Shown: in pieces, positions 37,236-51,455 of the stretch | Layout of the letters: every line of letters begins with the position of its first letter | Position numbering within the stretch: position 1 is the stretch's first letter | Source of the DNA: Rhizodiscina lignyota | Taxonomy: Eukaryota | DNA length: 64,000 bases | NCBI GenBank assembly: GCA_010015805.1 | Contig: ML978125.1 | Span: 992,001 to 1,056,000, forward strand | Direction: 5' to 3' | Made by a program: the position numbers and the translations under genes | The notes under the pieces: generated by a model | Told to the model about the DNA's origin: nothing | What the model saw: the letters and a program-made list of their open reading frames with translations, nothing else | Databases searched by the model: none

Positions 37236-39861
37236 GCCTGTTAACGGTTGAAGAGGTATGACTCAGTCGACTGGTTCGAGGATCGTGCGAAGAAAACATC
37301 TTTGCGTCGCTCATAAACATATCAAGCTCTTATAGTGTTTCCATGCCCTCCACTTCTATGGCGTCCATTGCTGGAGACGCCGGCTAGAGCCCCTGAGGTT
37401 GATGTATACCAACAAGGTGGGTACAGCCTAGCGGTGTTTAGCAGTCAGCATAAGTTTACCAGCTGCTCATCGAAAATTGCAAAGCTGGCAGATTTCATAC
37501 CGAAGTTAACTATCGTTATCATCTAAGCACATGCACAGACGAGCTTGTAAGTTTACCGAACTCACATGGCAAAAAGACACTAGCGTGCGGCGAAGAGACC
37601 TTATGCAGATAGCCGTCCATTGCGGAGCTCTGCAAGTCATCTCGCTTAGTAGTAGCTGAGAGCTCGAGCTGTCCTCTTATTTAGCTACAATTCATATTTC
37701 CTTGCAATGCTCTTCAATCACTCCGTAAGTTATGTTATCTTAGTTGAGAACTGGAAGTCATTCTGCTTTCATTATATTTACCATTGGGTCCTTATGAAGG
37801 ACTATTACAAGACGTCCATGGGGACGGCGCTAATTGTACTTACATCAATAAGTCAAAACCCCTCTATAGCAACCGCCCTCGCGCTCTGCTCCAGTATCAA
37901 ATGAATCGGCCAAACAGCTCAAAGGCTCGCTCTTCTGCTGCGACATCTACCAACGGGCCTGGATCATCTCTATCAATCTGCTAGGCAACTGAAACTCAAG
38001 GGATAACACATATGTCCGTTAAGCTAGCCTCTCATGAGCATATCGAAGTCGCTTCCAGCTTTATGAGGCATCATTGGAGAGGCCATAAGCGCCTCAGGCC
38101 TGTCCTAACCCTCATGATCACGATGAGAACAGTCATCAAACGTCTCAATTTTCATTTGTGCGGGATCATTTGAATTCGAGCCTCCTACGTGGACTCCCCG
38201 CGGCTGTGGTTCTTTCCTGGGCAGCGCTCCGGTCGACCAACCGTATGCTGACCTGCACCTCCTTTGCCGTGCGGGACGGCTCGAAAGGATGGGCATTTAT
38301 CCGGCCAAGACATCGAAGGACCTCATGTCACCAATGTCGTGCAGGGCATCGTAGAAATCCTACATCGCGATTAGGGCACTCTGACCCTCTCCGAGAAAGA
38401 GCCTCATGATGTGGAGGCCAATTTCTCAGTCCACCATGACGCCCTGGCATAGCGAACTCGCTAACTGTAACAGCAGGGTCGGGTCTGTCGCCTGAAGGCA
38501 ACAGTAGTCCCACCTGAAAGCCTCAGGAATGAGTCAATGCTAAGTGACTTTTGTTACAATAAGATCAAGCCACTAATGATAAGCGGTCTTCAATACTCCC
38601 AAAGAGGTATCGATTTTATTTGCCAACAAACGACAGGATGTCCAGTTCGAGATTCCAAGCACTTGACCATTGGAAGGCGAACAATTACCTGCTTGTTCAG
38701 CAATCGGCATTGGTGCCGTCCGATAGAACGGCTGATAAGCGCTGATGGGAGGCTCCAGAACTGCACTGATCGGCGTTAGACAAATTCCTCGGTTTCCACC
38801 TACCTACAAACCTTGGGGCTACACACATCTTAGGGATATACAGAGTGGAGTCTTTCTGACGCTGAGGCTCAAATGGTCGCAACTAGGCTAACACCGGCAT
38901 CTCGTACATGAGAACATGGATTGCGAATTCCGGATACGTCAACACATCTACCACATGAGCATTCAGCCGCAAGGAACTGGCCACTACCATCATGTAGCCG
39001 CCAAACAGGCGGCGATGGCGAAAACATGGGGTTTCTCGGCTCGTTCCTGTCCCTGGATTCTGAGTGGAAGGTAAACCCGCCGACACCACCTCACTTGAAC
39101 ATTACATTAAACCCCAACTATTGTCGACGTGATATCCATTTTGTTTCAGAGTATGCATGTATAAGTCCTGCGTATATTGTCAAATTTGCGAAGCGGCTTA
39201 GGAATATGTGGGCGAGTGTTGGTGTACAACATCAGTTCACTGGATGTCGAGCCTTGGTAACACACCACAGTTAAGCGCCAGACTGGAAAATGTAAGCGGC
39301 GTTTACAACCTCTGCTCTACCGCATGTCAGGCCATTGTTTGACCTACAATCGAACAATGCTGGCTTCTAATACGCTCGCGCAGACGACAATCTGTGACTC
39401 TTACATGGGCCATAACCAGTCGCATTCCAAGCCCCCATAAAACCCCAGCAGCAAGCCAGCGATATCACCAAGTGTGGAAGAGAGACTCTTCCTCTTCGGT
39501 TTTTGATCTCGATCCTGAATCCCTCGGCAGCAACTTCATGTATCCGCACGTCGTTCAGGATGGCACTAGTTCCCTGACGAGAACACCATCGGCATATTCA
39601 CAACGCTCTCTCCGATCATCATTTCGTCGGCAGTGATTAGCCCCTTGGCGATCAGTGTCATTGAGCACTGAGTGTCGTCGCTGAGTTCGCACCACATCTT
39701 TCCAGGCAAAACGTACGGACTGACGGTATGAGACCGCTGAAGTCACCTATCATCACTTCCTTCGCCAGCACTACGAGCATGAAATGGCAAGATATGACCT
39801 CATATGAAATCTTTCTTTCTTTCTCATTTCAATCACCGTCTTATCTACGGATATTGTCTAA

Positions 39862-42337
39862 CTAACTTCCGCCCTCACCACCACTGCTGCCACTCCCCTC
39901 CTTATCCCTCAGCACTCCCTGAGCCGCCATCTCCGCTGCGGCGGCCGCCTCCCTCACGACATCCTCATGCCTTAGTATCCTCACCTTCGTGCTCTCGCTC
40001 CCCTTCTCACCCCCGTCACCACCATCTCTCGCTACACCTCCACGTCCCTGGGCCTCCAAACTACGATCCCAACTCGTCGGATCAATGCCCAGAATACCAC
40101 CTACATTGTTCCGATCCCCAGGGACCGAGAACTCACGAAACGCATACCGCCACTCATTCAAGAATGCGCGAACCGCCTTGTTCACCTTATCCCGCCCATT
40201 CTTAGAATGGTGACCAGTGCCGGTGATTGCATAGATCGGGCGGCCGGGGTGGTTCTGGTGCGCGAGAAGTTTGGTGGAGAGGTAGACGATTGCTTCTTCG
40301 GGGTGGAGGCCTGCAGCTCAAACGTGAATATGTTGACTAAGGGGGAAGGGAAAGGAAGTGAGAAAGCAAAGAGAAACAGTACCATGAAGATCGACGTAGA
40401 GCTCCCGTGCGCTGGGGCCATGCTCCTTGTTGCGCTCGTCGTAGAGGATGCGTGCGGCTTCGCGGTGCGCTTCTTTCATGAGGTTGTTTTCTGTCTGGCC
40501 GCGGAGGCTAAGGGCTTTTGCGGCACGGGTGTCGTTTCTGTTCCACGCTTGGGCGGCGCTATATAATCGTAAGTCCCACTGGTCCTGTGTGTGATCTTAT
40601 GGGCGAAATATACCTTTGCAAGAACTTGTTTCTCGAAGCACCATGCCTGAAAGCCTCCTGCCGAGCCTTGAGATATGCCTTGTTCACTCCATCGCCGGTC
40701 TCGAGCCAAGGGATGTGCTCTGGCTGCGGGACTGCCATAGCGGCCGCGCTGTTCTCACGAGTTCCTGTAGAATTGCGATTGCTATTGCGCACTCCCTTTC
40801 GTGCTTGAGCAGGGCTAGGAGATGGTGACATGCGGACGACATCGGCAAGCGTGTTGTTTTGGATATGATCCCTATGATGGCCATGGCCTCCACGCTTGCC
40901 GTGATGCTTCTTACCGCCTTTCGCGGCTGCAGATCCAAGTGATGGGAACGCTTCCGCATCATCCAGTGCCGGAGCCGAAGGTGTGGAAGAGCGATTGCCT
41001 TGGCGACTGTGAGGTCTGGAACCAGGTCGAGAGTGTGCACGGCTAGATGGACGTGAACCAAAGTTAGAGAATGGATTCAGACCAGGTGGAGGCGTTGAGA
41101 CGTGTCCGCCCGCACCAAACAGTTTTTCTAGCGGTGCCTGGTCCATTGAGCCCTGGTAGAGCTGGCTTGATGATCCAGACGTGGTGCGCTGAAGATGAGG
41201 GAAATTTTCGTAATCCTGGACTTGAAAGTTTGGCTGCACCGATTGGCTTGGCGGGGTCTGAGCACCTTCGAGCATCATTCTCGCCATGAGCGTTGACGGA
41301 TCGTGTGAGAACAGGCAGGTGTCGCCAGCTAAACAGTTTCCAGCCATCCAATACCTAGATACATTGATCAGCATTGGAAATCTCGTAAACTTCGACTAAG
41401 CAACTTACTTGCAGACTGTCTTGCTAGGATCGTGACTGAACCTACAGTCGGCACGCGCACAATGACCGTTTTGTAGCCAATATTTGCACATCACCGGCGT
41501 CCTTCCTTGACCAGATGGAGTCGCTGGCCTGAATGCAGCCGCCATAGACTTCCCAACCATATATGCTTGGCCCGCATCTGGCGTGGGTCCAGCCTGCAGC
41601 AAAGCATCCAGGGCAGGGCCTTCCATCAGGGCAGTAACAGTAGCACTCAGGTCATAAGAGTTGGCCTCCAGAACTCTTTCCAGCTCTTCGTCCGAGCGCT
41701 CTTCTCGCAGAATTTGTCGGAGCATATCGTATATGCTCATTTGGTCTGGGATGTATTCCGCTGCGGCGCCGTTGAGTCCATCTGCCATGAATGACGAGGA
41801 TGCATTGCTCGCGGTCTCATCATTGACGAGCCAATCGACAGTATCGCTACCATAGTCCCCATAGTCATCGGTGATAGGGCTTGGCTGCCCACTGAACTCG
41901 TACGCGTTCAAGCTCGGGCTGTGGGGTATGTGTGGCGTCGCAACTGCGAGACGTGGAGAGGGCCGGGGAGACGTGAACGGCGAGGCGGTGGACGATTTCG
42001 CGCGTGCGAATGCAGCAGGAGCTACTCCGAAGCCCGGAGGCGGAGGAGGAAATCTCGGCGACGGCGCAGATGGGGTTGGCGTTCGTGCAATCTGCCATGG
42101 GGCTGGAGACGACTTTCGAATGATCGTATGTCTTGAAGGGGGCGGAGAAGCAGCGCCGTCCTTTGTGCTCCTGAATCTCCACATTCCGTCCAGGATCGCA
42201 TTCTCCAGAGCCTTGTCTGTCAAGTGGCTCTCCTTGCGCAGCAGCTCCTCCATCTTCTCCGTCTTCTCTTCATCCTCCAAGGCCTCGTCCTTCAGAATGG
42301 GGAGGCAGAGCTCGTAGAATTCGTCGGAGATGCCCAT
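39862..42337 (-). CDS. CCCH zinc finger + DUF1771/Smr domain protein (at least 4 exons; exact 3' end uncertain)
   Basis: CKYWLQNGHCARADCRFSHD, CK|YWMAGNCLAGDTCLFSHD, AAQAWNRNDTRAAKALS, LYVDLH|GLHPEEA, YAITGTGHHSKNGRDKV. Confidence 0.9.
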
Positions 42338-43597
42338 GGTGCTGTCGCGATTACCGTTGTCATAAAAGTTCGCGGCCTTGTAAATCAATCTGTCAGAATC
42401 CTAGGAGAGGTTGTAAGGTTTTAAAAAAGGTTTCAAGTTTCACGGGGTCCTGGTGAGTTCGGCGGAGCCAAGTATTAGTGAACCGCGAGGAGACGGCGCA
42501 GCGAGTGACCGGAGGCAGAGTTATCGGTGAGTTGTATGCCAGCTCATGTGAAGCACGCAGAGGGAAGTGTCTCAAGACTCGGTGGTTGCCGCAGCTGAGA
42601 GGTAGTATGCTAGGTTGTCGGCCCGCAGCGTGGGTTGTTCATCAGGGTGGCAGGTGGCAGCTGAGAAGCGTCAGCTGTGAGTGGTGAGGGCGTGAAGGGG
42701 CGGAGTAGGCGCTCACGCCTGCGCAGGAACGTGGGCGAGGCTGCTCGACTTCCCTCGAGGCTCGCTTTGCTGCCCGAGAGGTACGCTGAGACTTGAGCAC
42801 TCAGCGAATGTGGTGTGCGCGTCGCGGATCGAAGCGGCGGGTGATATTTTAAGGACCACTGAGGACGGACGGTGTCTGGGATTCACCTTGCATTCGCTCT
42901 CCCCACAAACTCCCCAAGCGGAATGGCCAACGCGGAAACGTGAATCTCGATAAGCTTCATGCAGCTCACCATTATTGAATTACCAACCCCAGATAAGTCG
43001 CAGGCACTGGCAGACTGTACGGACGATTCGAGGCAGCGATCAAGCTTAGACAGCGCCGCTGCTTGCTGCTGGCCTGCGAAAGGAGCGTCGAGAAAGCCCT
43101 ACCCAGAGCTCGTTTCGTAATTTCACTGGCTCATTATTGCTTGTTACAGACGCTGTGAGAGCGCTGAATCATCATTTTCCAATTCCGAGCATTTCCAGTC
43201 TGGTTGAAAGCTTCTAAACGAGTCCATTTGGAATCCAATATTTCCCCAAGCCCAAAGTCACCGTCACACAAGAGGTACACGGATACATTTCAGATGCTCG
43301 CACTCGTCGTCAGCGGCTCAGCCCTACACTAGAGCAGGAACGGATCTCATACGTAGGAAGACGTCTCACGTAACGCCGAGCCTCTGTCTATGTCCGCTTC
43401 TCAACCCCAAACCTTCCAATTTGTCTTTCAACATCCACAAAGCATCTGCAATCTCATCAATCTGTCCTTCCCTTTGTAAAACATCCCTCTTCTCCTCCCA
43501 TGCTCCAAACACCCGAATAGACCCCCCTCCCGCGCATCCCGCCCCGCTCCGCAAGTCGCCCATTCGGGGCCGTACTGTCTGACAGAGCATCAAAACC

Positions 43598-44815
43598 ATG
43601 TCACCGAGCGACTACGACCCTCGCGCCCTCGCGCTGCCTATCGACGACGACGACGGCTCACCAGACCCTTCTTCTCGGCGCTCGATTTCCCCAGCCTGGG
43701 CGCGCCGCAGCGGCTCCTTCCACAGCGATGTCCCCGCTGATTTCAAGTCGCGGCTGTACAGGCGCGCGGCGGCGCTGCAACGCCAGGCGTACAAAACGTA
43801 CAACCGGCTCACGCTCTTGCAGAGAATACTGCTGGTGCTGGCGGGGCTAGCGACGTTTGTGCTGGGCATACTCTTCCTCATCTACAATGAGAAGATCTTC
43901 GGGTGGCTGGCGCCTTACGCAAAGCGGTGGAGGGAGATGAAGGCGGGCTGGCTGATACTGTGGGCGATGACGTTTGTGGTGTCTTTCCCGCCGTTAATTG
44001 GGTACTCATCGTGCGTGACGATTGCGGGTTTTGTATATGGATTTCCCAATGGGTAATATCTCCAACGTATTCCTTTGTAATTGGAGCAGGTATAACTGAC
44101 CATACTATACAGCTGGTTCATTGTCGCATCCGCCACCATAATCGGCAGCACAGTCTCCTTCGTCGCATCTCGCACACTCCTGCGCAACCTCGTCCACCGT
44201 CTCGTCTCCACCGACCCGCGCTTCGCCTCGCTGGCGCTAACGCTCAAGCATGACGGAATCAAACTGCTCATCATGATCCGCCTCTGTCCTCTCCCCTACT
44301 CCTTCTCCAATGGCGCCATCTCCATGATACCGACCGTACACCCCCTCGCATTCATGCTCGCCACTGCGGTCGTTAGCCCAAAACTCATGCTGCACGTCTT
44401 CATCGGCAGCCAATTAGCACGTCTCGCCGAGACGGGCGACAAGATGGACGCGAAGACGAAAGCGATCAGCTACATCTCCATCGTTATTGGCGTCCTTGCC
44501 GGCGTGCTGACCGGGTGGTTCATCTACCGGCAGACGAAGAAGCGGGCTGAGCAGCTGGAGGCCGAGGAGCGGATGGGTGTGCGGAGGGAAAGTATCGACG
44601 AGCTGAGGAGGGAGTATGCGGATGATCCGGAAGCTTTGGCGGCGGCGGAGACGTTGAGAGAAGATGAGGATGATATTAGTTTGCGAGAGGGGGGGACTTA
44701 TGAGGATCTGGAGGGTGGGGAGTATAGAGACGACTTCAGCGAGGAAGAGGATGCCCGAGAGGTGGGAGATGTGTTTGATGACGGGGACGGAGAGGATGAC
44801 CTGGGTAGACGGTGA
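43598..44815 (+). CDS. TVP38: Golgi membrane protein Tvp38 (SNARE-associated/DedA family; intron 44053-44112)
   Basis: [51 protein letters not shown], acidic tail. Confidence 0.9.
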
Positions 44816-45348
44816 CAATTGTCACGACAAAGTGTTTTTGTAAACTTGGCGTGTTTGGGATAGAACATGTACGGCGTTCGGGACATGGGCATGGAACGAC
44901 GATAGAAGAGAGAGCCTACGAACTTCGGATAGAGCTGTATTCCTAGAGAGGCTCGGTCCGTGTGATCATGGGGCTCTCGTAATATTATGCACTGAACCTG
45001 ACCGCAGGTATATAGATGGCACAGATGAGATTTTCACATGAGCCTGGACGGTTATGGTCAGTTGCTTAAGGCAGAGTATCTCGTCGGCCGGATGGAGAGT
45101 GTTGTGCTTCATAAGACAAGCTAGCCGAGGGCAATTGTTCGGGATGCATAGAAAGTTGCACGGGAGAGAGCGACACAACAAGATGAACGTGTAGTTTAAC
45201 AATGTTACAGACTTGATTGTTATCGGTATCTGGGGTCATGACCGGTTGCATGAAGCAATCCGATGTATAGGCATGACTAATGCAAAGGGAGGGTAACCAT
45301 TACCCTCAAATATCCGTGAAGCAAGTATCTTGAAGTAAACTTGGTACC

Positions 45349-47056
45349 TCATTCTTCAGTCGCAAATCGCATGAAGTCTTCCGTCTTTGGCGTCGTTACC
45401 TTCGAGATCCACCAAGCCAGACCAGGTTTCTCAGGCTTTGGAGCTTCTACTGGCTCTGGACCTTTCTCGGGCTAGAAATTCGAATAAGTGCAGCAGCATG
45501 TTCGGAAGAAGTCTCAGGAACTATAACCCACCTCCTCAGCCTTTCCTTTGTCTCGCTCTTCAGTCTTCTTTGCAGGTGTCCGTTCTGGCGTGGTGGAGGG
45601 CGAGGAGGTGTTGCGGCGACGCGCTGCTCCAGCGGACGAGCTCCTGCGGCGCTTCCCCTTCGGCTGGTAGCGCTCAATGGAGCGGACACGCTTGCGCTGC
45701 CTCGGAGGCGAGCGACTGCGAGAATAGCTGCGTGCCAGACCCCTCCTGCGAGGATAGTCAGAGGCATCTCGGTCCTTTCGAGTATCAGCGCGTCTTTCAG
45801 TGTCGGAGTAGCTGGCGATTGAGGGTGATCTCTTGTCCCTGTATGATTTGCCTCCGCGATTGTTCCTAGGGCTCCGCGACCTTGACCGAGAACTTGCTGG
45901 GGATGGAGAACGACGGCGTCGTTCCGGGCGTCTAGGAGGGGGTGAGCGCCCTCTTCCTCCACCACGCTCTCTCCGCATGCGGTTGCTTCTGGGCGAACGT
46001 GAGCGTGATTTTTCAGGAGGGGTTTTGGACTTCTCCAGCTCGGAGACACTTCTTGAGGGGCTTGTGGATCGTCCCTTTGGGCGGCGTTGAGAGCGCTCTC
46101 GCGAGATCGACCTGCTCCTCGAGATACTTGGCGATCGCCTGCGGTATTTTGGAGGAGGCGACCTAGATACTGCACTGCTACTCGAAGCAGGCCGGCGAGG
46201 GGACGGCGAGCGGCGCCTAGGCCTATCATCGCGCCTTCTGCCTCCGCGCGGGACGTAGGTGTCCATCTCCCTCCTCGGTGGAGAACGGCGTCCCCAGCGC
46301 GGTGGCGACCTGGAGTCTTTGGGTCCACGGCGACCATCATAGTCTCGCCCACCGAAGTCTCGACCACGACCTCTGCCTCTTCCACGTCCACGTTCTCCGC
46401 GCTCTCTTTGCCGTATTCTCTCGACCTCTCGTTCACGCTCTCGCTCTTGCTCTCGACGGCGACGCTCCGCTTCTGCGGCCTTTTCGGCTTCGATCTATGG
46501 GGAGACAAGGTAGGTTAGTTCATAGTAGAGATGATACTGCAATATGGCTACGGTACCTTTCCCTGGATAAGTTCGAGCTTCTTGGCTTCCAACAGCTCTT
46601 TCGGCACACCCAGCTCATTCGACTGCGCGCTCAAGCACAAATTCCACAGTTCCTTGCAGAATGCAGCAGTGTGCTTTTCGAGGAATCCAGTGAGCTGGAT
46701 TTGGAGAGCTTTGATGTCAGGCTACAATAACAGTCAGTGTTTGCCTCTCGTGGTGTGAAGTGGGATGGGTGGAACGTACAAAACGCGCTTCGAGCAGATT
46801 GAAGCAGAGCTCAATCACAACATCGTCTTCGGCACCAAGGATCTCAGAGATCTTTCCCGCAATCCACCTGGTATATAAATCAGTCACTGATATCGAGCTC
46901 TTGCAGCGACGAGTGAGTGCGCAGGGAGGGTGGCGGGCGAGCTCTAACGTACGTCTTCATCACGTCCACTTTGACCTTGCTCATGTCGACTTTCTGGTTA
47001 AACTCGGGCGGGAACTTCGTTGCTTTCAACAACTTCTGATCGACGGTCGCCGCCAT
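45349..47056 (-). CDS. PWI-domain, RS-rich splicing factor (SRRM1/SRm160-like; about 5 exons, last exon inferred)
   Basis: KATKFPPEFNQKVDMSKV..|WIAGKISEILGAEDDVVIELCFNLLE..|PDIKALQIQLTGFL..FCKELWNLCLSAQ..GVPKELLEAKK followed by RS repeats. Confidence 0.88.
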
Positions 47057-47896
47057 GTTGGCAACGGCCTGGAAGAGGAGACACTGTAGCTTGGGACGTC
47101 AATTAGAAAGATGGATTCGAGGTTGATGTTGTTTGGGCGCGGGTGAGAAGTAACGCTCCACCAACTATAAATAAGGTTTTGGCGCCTTTCCCGTTTCGGA
47201 TGCCTTGCCCCACATCGGTTTCCTTATCACGCGACAAATTGGGCAGCACGAGCATTCAAGTGTTCTCAAATATGCTGCATAATGAGCAGCTTTTGAGGAC
47301 TGGAATCAATGGTGCGCTTCGATTCTTCAAAGGGATCTGGCTCTGATAGACAATATCTGCCACTAACAGCGCGCTTTTCCACGAATGGCTCATCACATCT
47401 CCGTGGCTTTGGCAAGTGATGATAGATCGTCAATCATAGAGCTGCGACTTGCTCATCTTGCAGTTACCACAAATATCAATTAAATCTTATCAGGGCTTCT
47501 AGCGACGAATAGTATCGCCTCCAATAGTTAATATGTGCCTGTACTTTCTCAGTAAGCTAATGACTACACAGATATGACTTGAGAACTTGGTCATGGTTAT
47601 AAACCCAGCACTGCCGTCAATTGAATAATCCTATCGAAACATCAAATTTCCAGTTCTGTCGAACAAATCTTCCGAACCCCATCATCCGGGACCGAGTACC
47701 ATCTCCTGAGTCTGGTGAGTCTCCTTCTCCTCAGTTGAAGAGATTGACGAGATTAGACTGAAGTCGACGATTGTCCCGAAATAGCGCAGCCTCCCATCTA
47801 TTCATGTCAATCAAATGAAATCACCGGTATATAGGGTATGTTGAACAACAACGCCACCATTTAACACGCAAAACCAACGAACACATTGGCAATCTT

Positions 47897-50178
47897 TCAA
47901 CCGTGTTCGGACCGCACATCCGGTGGATTATCCAATCCATACTGATCCAATTGGTCATTTGAAAACCCCGAAAACGCCGAACCTGATGGGAATCTTCTTA
48001 GCTCCATTGCTGCATCTTCCATTTGTTCGTCGTGTAGTGTCTGCGGTGGCATCGTCCTTGCCTGTGTATCCGGCACACCAACGCTACTGATCTGCGTTTG
48101 TGTGATTGACGGCTTCTCTGCTAGGTTGTTGAGCATTGCACGAGAAGCGTCGAGCATCTGAACTGCGTAGTCGAGAAAGTCGGCGCGCTTGCTGCTGACG
48201 CTGAGTGTCCAGCGGTATTCTCGTAGCCGCATCTTGTAAAAGTCCGCCTCTTCCTTTGCCGGCGCCGTGGCCCATAGCAGGCTACCAAACGTCCCAATAA
48301 GTGTGAAGTTGATCTTCGCTGCGAAGTGCCAAAAGCTCTGAAGATGCTCGGGCTTCAGGCGATTGACAAAATCCATGGCGGAGATAAGGCGTGTCTTCGC
48401 AGCTGAGCGGCAGATGTACGCAAGGTAGGGGTCCGAGTTGTCTGGGTCTAGCGACTGTACTATTCGCCGGTGCAACGTGATCTCTGTCGCGAAGTATGCG
48501 AGGTGAAGGAAGCCTGCCTCGAGATTTAGTTCGCGCGAACGAAGAAGAGGCGAAGTAGAAAACGGACCTGTGGGTGAGAGACGGTTCGGTGTGATGTTGT
48601 CCATTCGCACCGATGGGGGCAGCTTGGCAAACCAATCCTTCAGTCTTATTTGCACTGGTTTAGCCTTGTCCAGAATGAGCCGCGTGGAGTTCTTGCCGGC
48701 GTTCGCAAACTCTTGAATGGCAATTTGGGTGTAGAACGTGTCCATAATTTCGGCCATGATTCCGGTGAGCGCAATCATCTGGGAGAATAGAACCTGGCCT
48801 TTGTCTACATCTGCTTTTTCGTCCTCAGATAGCGGCTCTGGCTCGTTCGCGGTGGATTCGGTTTCGTCAAAGTCCTGGTCGTCAATGGGTTTAACGGCCC
48901 AATTTGCCCCGAAGATATGCGAAGGCCTTCCATGGATAAGCGAACTCCACTTGTCCTGCATATATAGCGCCCAAGCGATCCGTCGACGTAATCCTCGTTC
49001 CCACTCTGGTATTGACCAGCTTGAGCAATCAAGGTGTAAGCCAAGCTCCTGACCAATGGCAACTAGTTGAGTCGTCAGGCTCCATGAATCTGCTTCCGGA
49101 CGCTGAAGGAGAAGTAGACCGCCCTGGACAGTTGAAAGTTTCGGCCGCTGCATAGCAGCAGCTAAAGAGCGCGACGCAATAGCGTCAAGCTTCTCCGTAT
49201 CGGGCCGGGGATAAGGGGCCAGCCGAGGATCATGTGACCACCAATTGAGCGCGAGGATGTACATGCCTGCCAGTAAGGGAGGAGAGAATGCCCGGTCGCC
49301 ATTACTTAGTCGATTGAGGAAAATCTGCTTCTGGATTATCGGAAAGCTGGGGTGGACTATTCGGAAGTAGATGTCAATCAGCGTATCCCCATGAGGAGCC
49401 ACCACTTCTTCAAGAACATTCAACGATTCAGCATCGTCGTAGTCTTGGCTTTCATCATTGAGCATGATGAAACACTCATGTTCGTTGACCCTACGAAGCG
49501 TGCCAAGGTCGATGTTGCTTTCGTTCCTCGTATCGAATTGTGATAGTCCCCATATGATATTATCAAAGGGGGCTGTTAGACCAAGATAGCGACTAAATTT
49601 TCTTCTCTGGAGACCAAGAGTTTCACCAGGCTCCTTTGACGTTCTGTGCAGAAATGGTCTTTGGTTTGGACTTGGGATCGGCCTAATACTCGGCGTTTGC
49701 GGGCCTCTTATACCAGTTTCGAGGTCCACAGATCTACAATGTGGTGGTCAGTTTAGCGTGCATCTTATTCTGACTGCAGTTGTAGATACCTCTTCTTTGG
49801 AGGAGCTTCCTTTTTACTCTCAGGCAGCTTCCTCTTTCGAGGCTGTGGACTTTGCACGAACGTGCACTCCTGGAATAATTTGTCAGTAAAATATTTGATA
49901 ATGCAACTGTATCAACTTACTTGGCGGTGGAACTCGCAGAGGACGCAGAGGACGGCGCCTTCGTGGATCACGCAACGACTTTTTCGACGACGACAGGCAT
50001 CGCAAGGCCTCTCTCGTCTAGTCCGAACGTTGGTTACACCCGAAAATGATGAAGCGGGCTTGAGTTGAATCTGATTTTCCTTGCCGGTCATGGGCTGAGA
50101 AGAGTGAGGGCGGGAGGTTGCAATAGGTACGGGTCCAGGACGGGTCATGGCGGGCTGGATAGCGACCACCGCCGTCAT
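47897..50178 (-). CDS. Zn(II)2Cys6 transcription factor, TamA/Dal81-like
   Basis: RERPCDACRRRKSRCVIHEGAVLCVLCEFHRQ|ECTF cluster; fungal TF middle region (YFRIVHPSFPI, GQELGLHLDC, RRRIAWALYMQDKWSSLIHGRP); TamA/Dal81 assignment from recalled similarity. Confidence 0.85.
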
Positions 50179-51455
50179 ATCGATTGCTCGATTGCGATAC
50201 GTATGATGCAGGATCAAGCTTGATTAGCCTGTCAAAGATAACAGATCAAATCAAATCGGTCTGGATAATGCGTTGTGTAAGCCTGCTTTGCCTCGGAAAG
50301 CATTGAGTGCCGATAACTAGTGGGAGGACTGGCAAGGGCCTCGAGGGCCTCACCGCATTGGGTGCAGGATGGAGAGCGCGGCGGCGGATGTTCTGTATGG
50401 TGGATTGAACAACGCCTTATCGAGCGGAGACGACCTCCACGACTATCGTAAACGCACGTATGTATGAAGATGGCAAAAGTAAAGGAAGATTATAGATTAC
50501 CTGCTTCTCGACACCAAGGTATCGATATCAGACGCGTTTGACGCGACAGCGAAGGGCTGAAGTTAGGGAACGGAAGTGCCACCACTGCCCGTCAGGGCTA
50601 GCAAGAGGATGAGGTAATCGAGGGACTGCTGTGTCATTTAGAGTCGCAGCGGATCAGGCATAGGCGCCTTAGTGCGGCAGAGACGCCTGCTGAGCCGGGT
50701 CGCTGTGTTCGTGGAAGCTCACGACCGTTTGTTCCTGGCGATATTGAGGCGTAGTTTGAGGGAATGCTCGATGCCACCGGCACTCTTTGATGTGTCTTTT
50801 TGAACGATTCCGAACGAAATGTAGGCTCGCTGAACAAGGGTCATGTACGTAATGAAAAGAGATCCGCTGCGGGTCATACCCTGTAGTTACTTGAGATGGG
50901 AAGCGAAACACAAGCCATGAAGCTCATTGATAACCTTGACGCGCCTCATTGGCCGACACCGCCTTCTGTGGTGTTCCTGTTTCGCAATGTCTTTATGTAC
51001 GAATCCCCGGCGTATCCGAACTCAGCGCCATGGCGAAGATCGGCCGCATCGCCGACCCAACCACTGCCAACTACAAGTACCTACGACTCACTTTCCTTCA
51101 TGCATTTTTGTAATGCCGCATCCCGATCACCACTCTCCGCAACTCGTTAGCGACGAATAACGAGTGCAAATTTCCGACTGATAATCACCGGACTCCGGAA
51201 ATCGGCGCGAAGGCCGAGTTCGGCGAGGCTCGAGTGACATCTTCCGGGTACCTACATACTAGTGCCTCAGGCGGAACTATCTAATAATGGAAATGGTGCA
51301 GAGACGGCAAGATCCTGATCTATGAAGTGAGGTAGGTGGATAATTATTGTTACATATCATAATGCTCTATACATATGAAATCTATCTGTCTCATGTAGTC
51401 ATTTCAATCGTCTAGCCTTGGTTATCTTACATATCCGCCAAATTCTCTGTGTCGA

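Noticed and set aside
37860..37980. FDTGAE on the minus strand upstream of the second DUF6594 gene as a second retropepsin relic
   Set aside because: Frame closes after about 15 codons and lacks the downstream N-L, G-x-I and ILG-type motifs
38104..39170. CCTAACCCT (1.5 telomeric repeats) in a 2-kb non-coding gap as a telomerase RNA template
   Set aside because: A 9-mer of this class is expected by chance a few times in 64 kb, and I could not identify a pseudoknot or CR4/5; would need an Infernal search
45387..46730. Long alternative-frame and antisense ORFs over the RS-rich gene
   Set aside because: Explained by low-complexity, GC-rich Arg/Ser codons that lack stops in other frames
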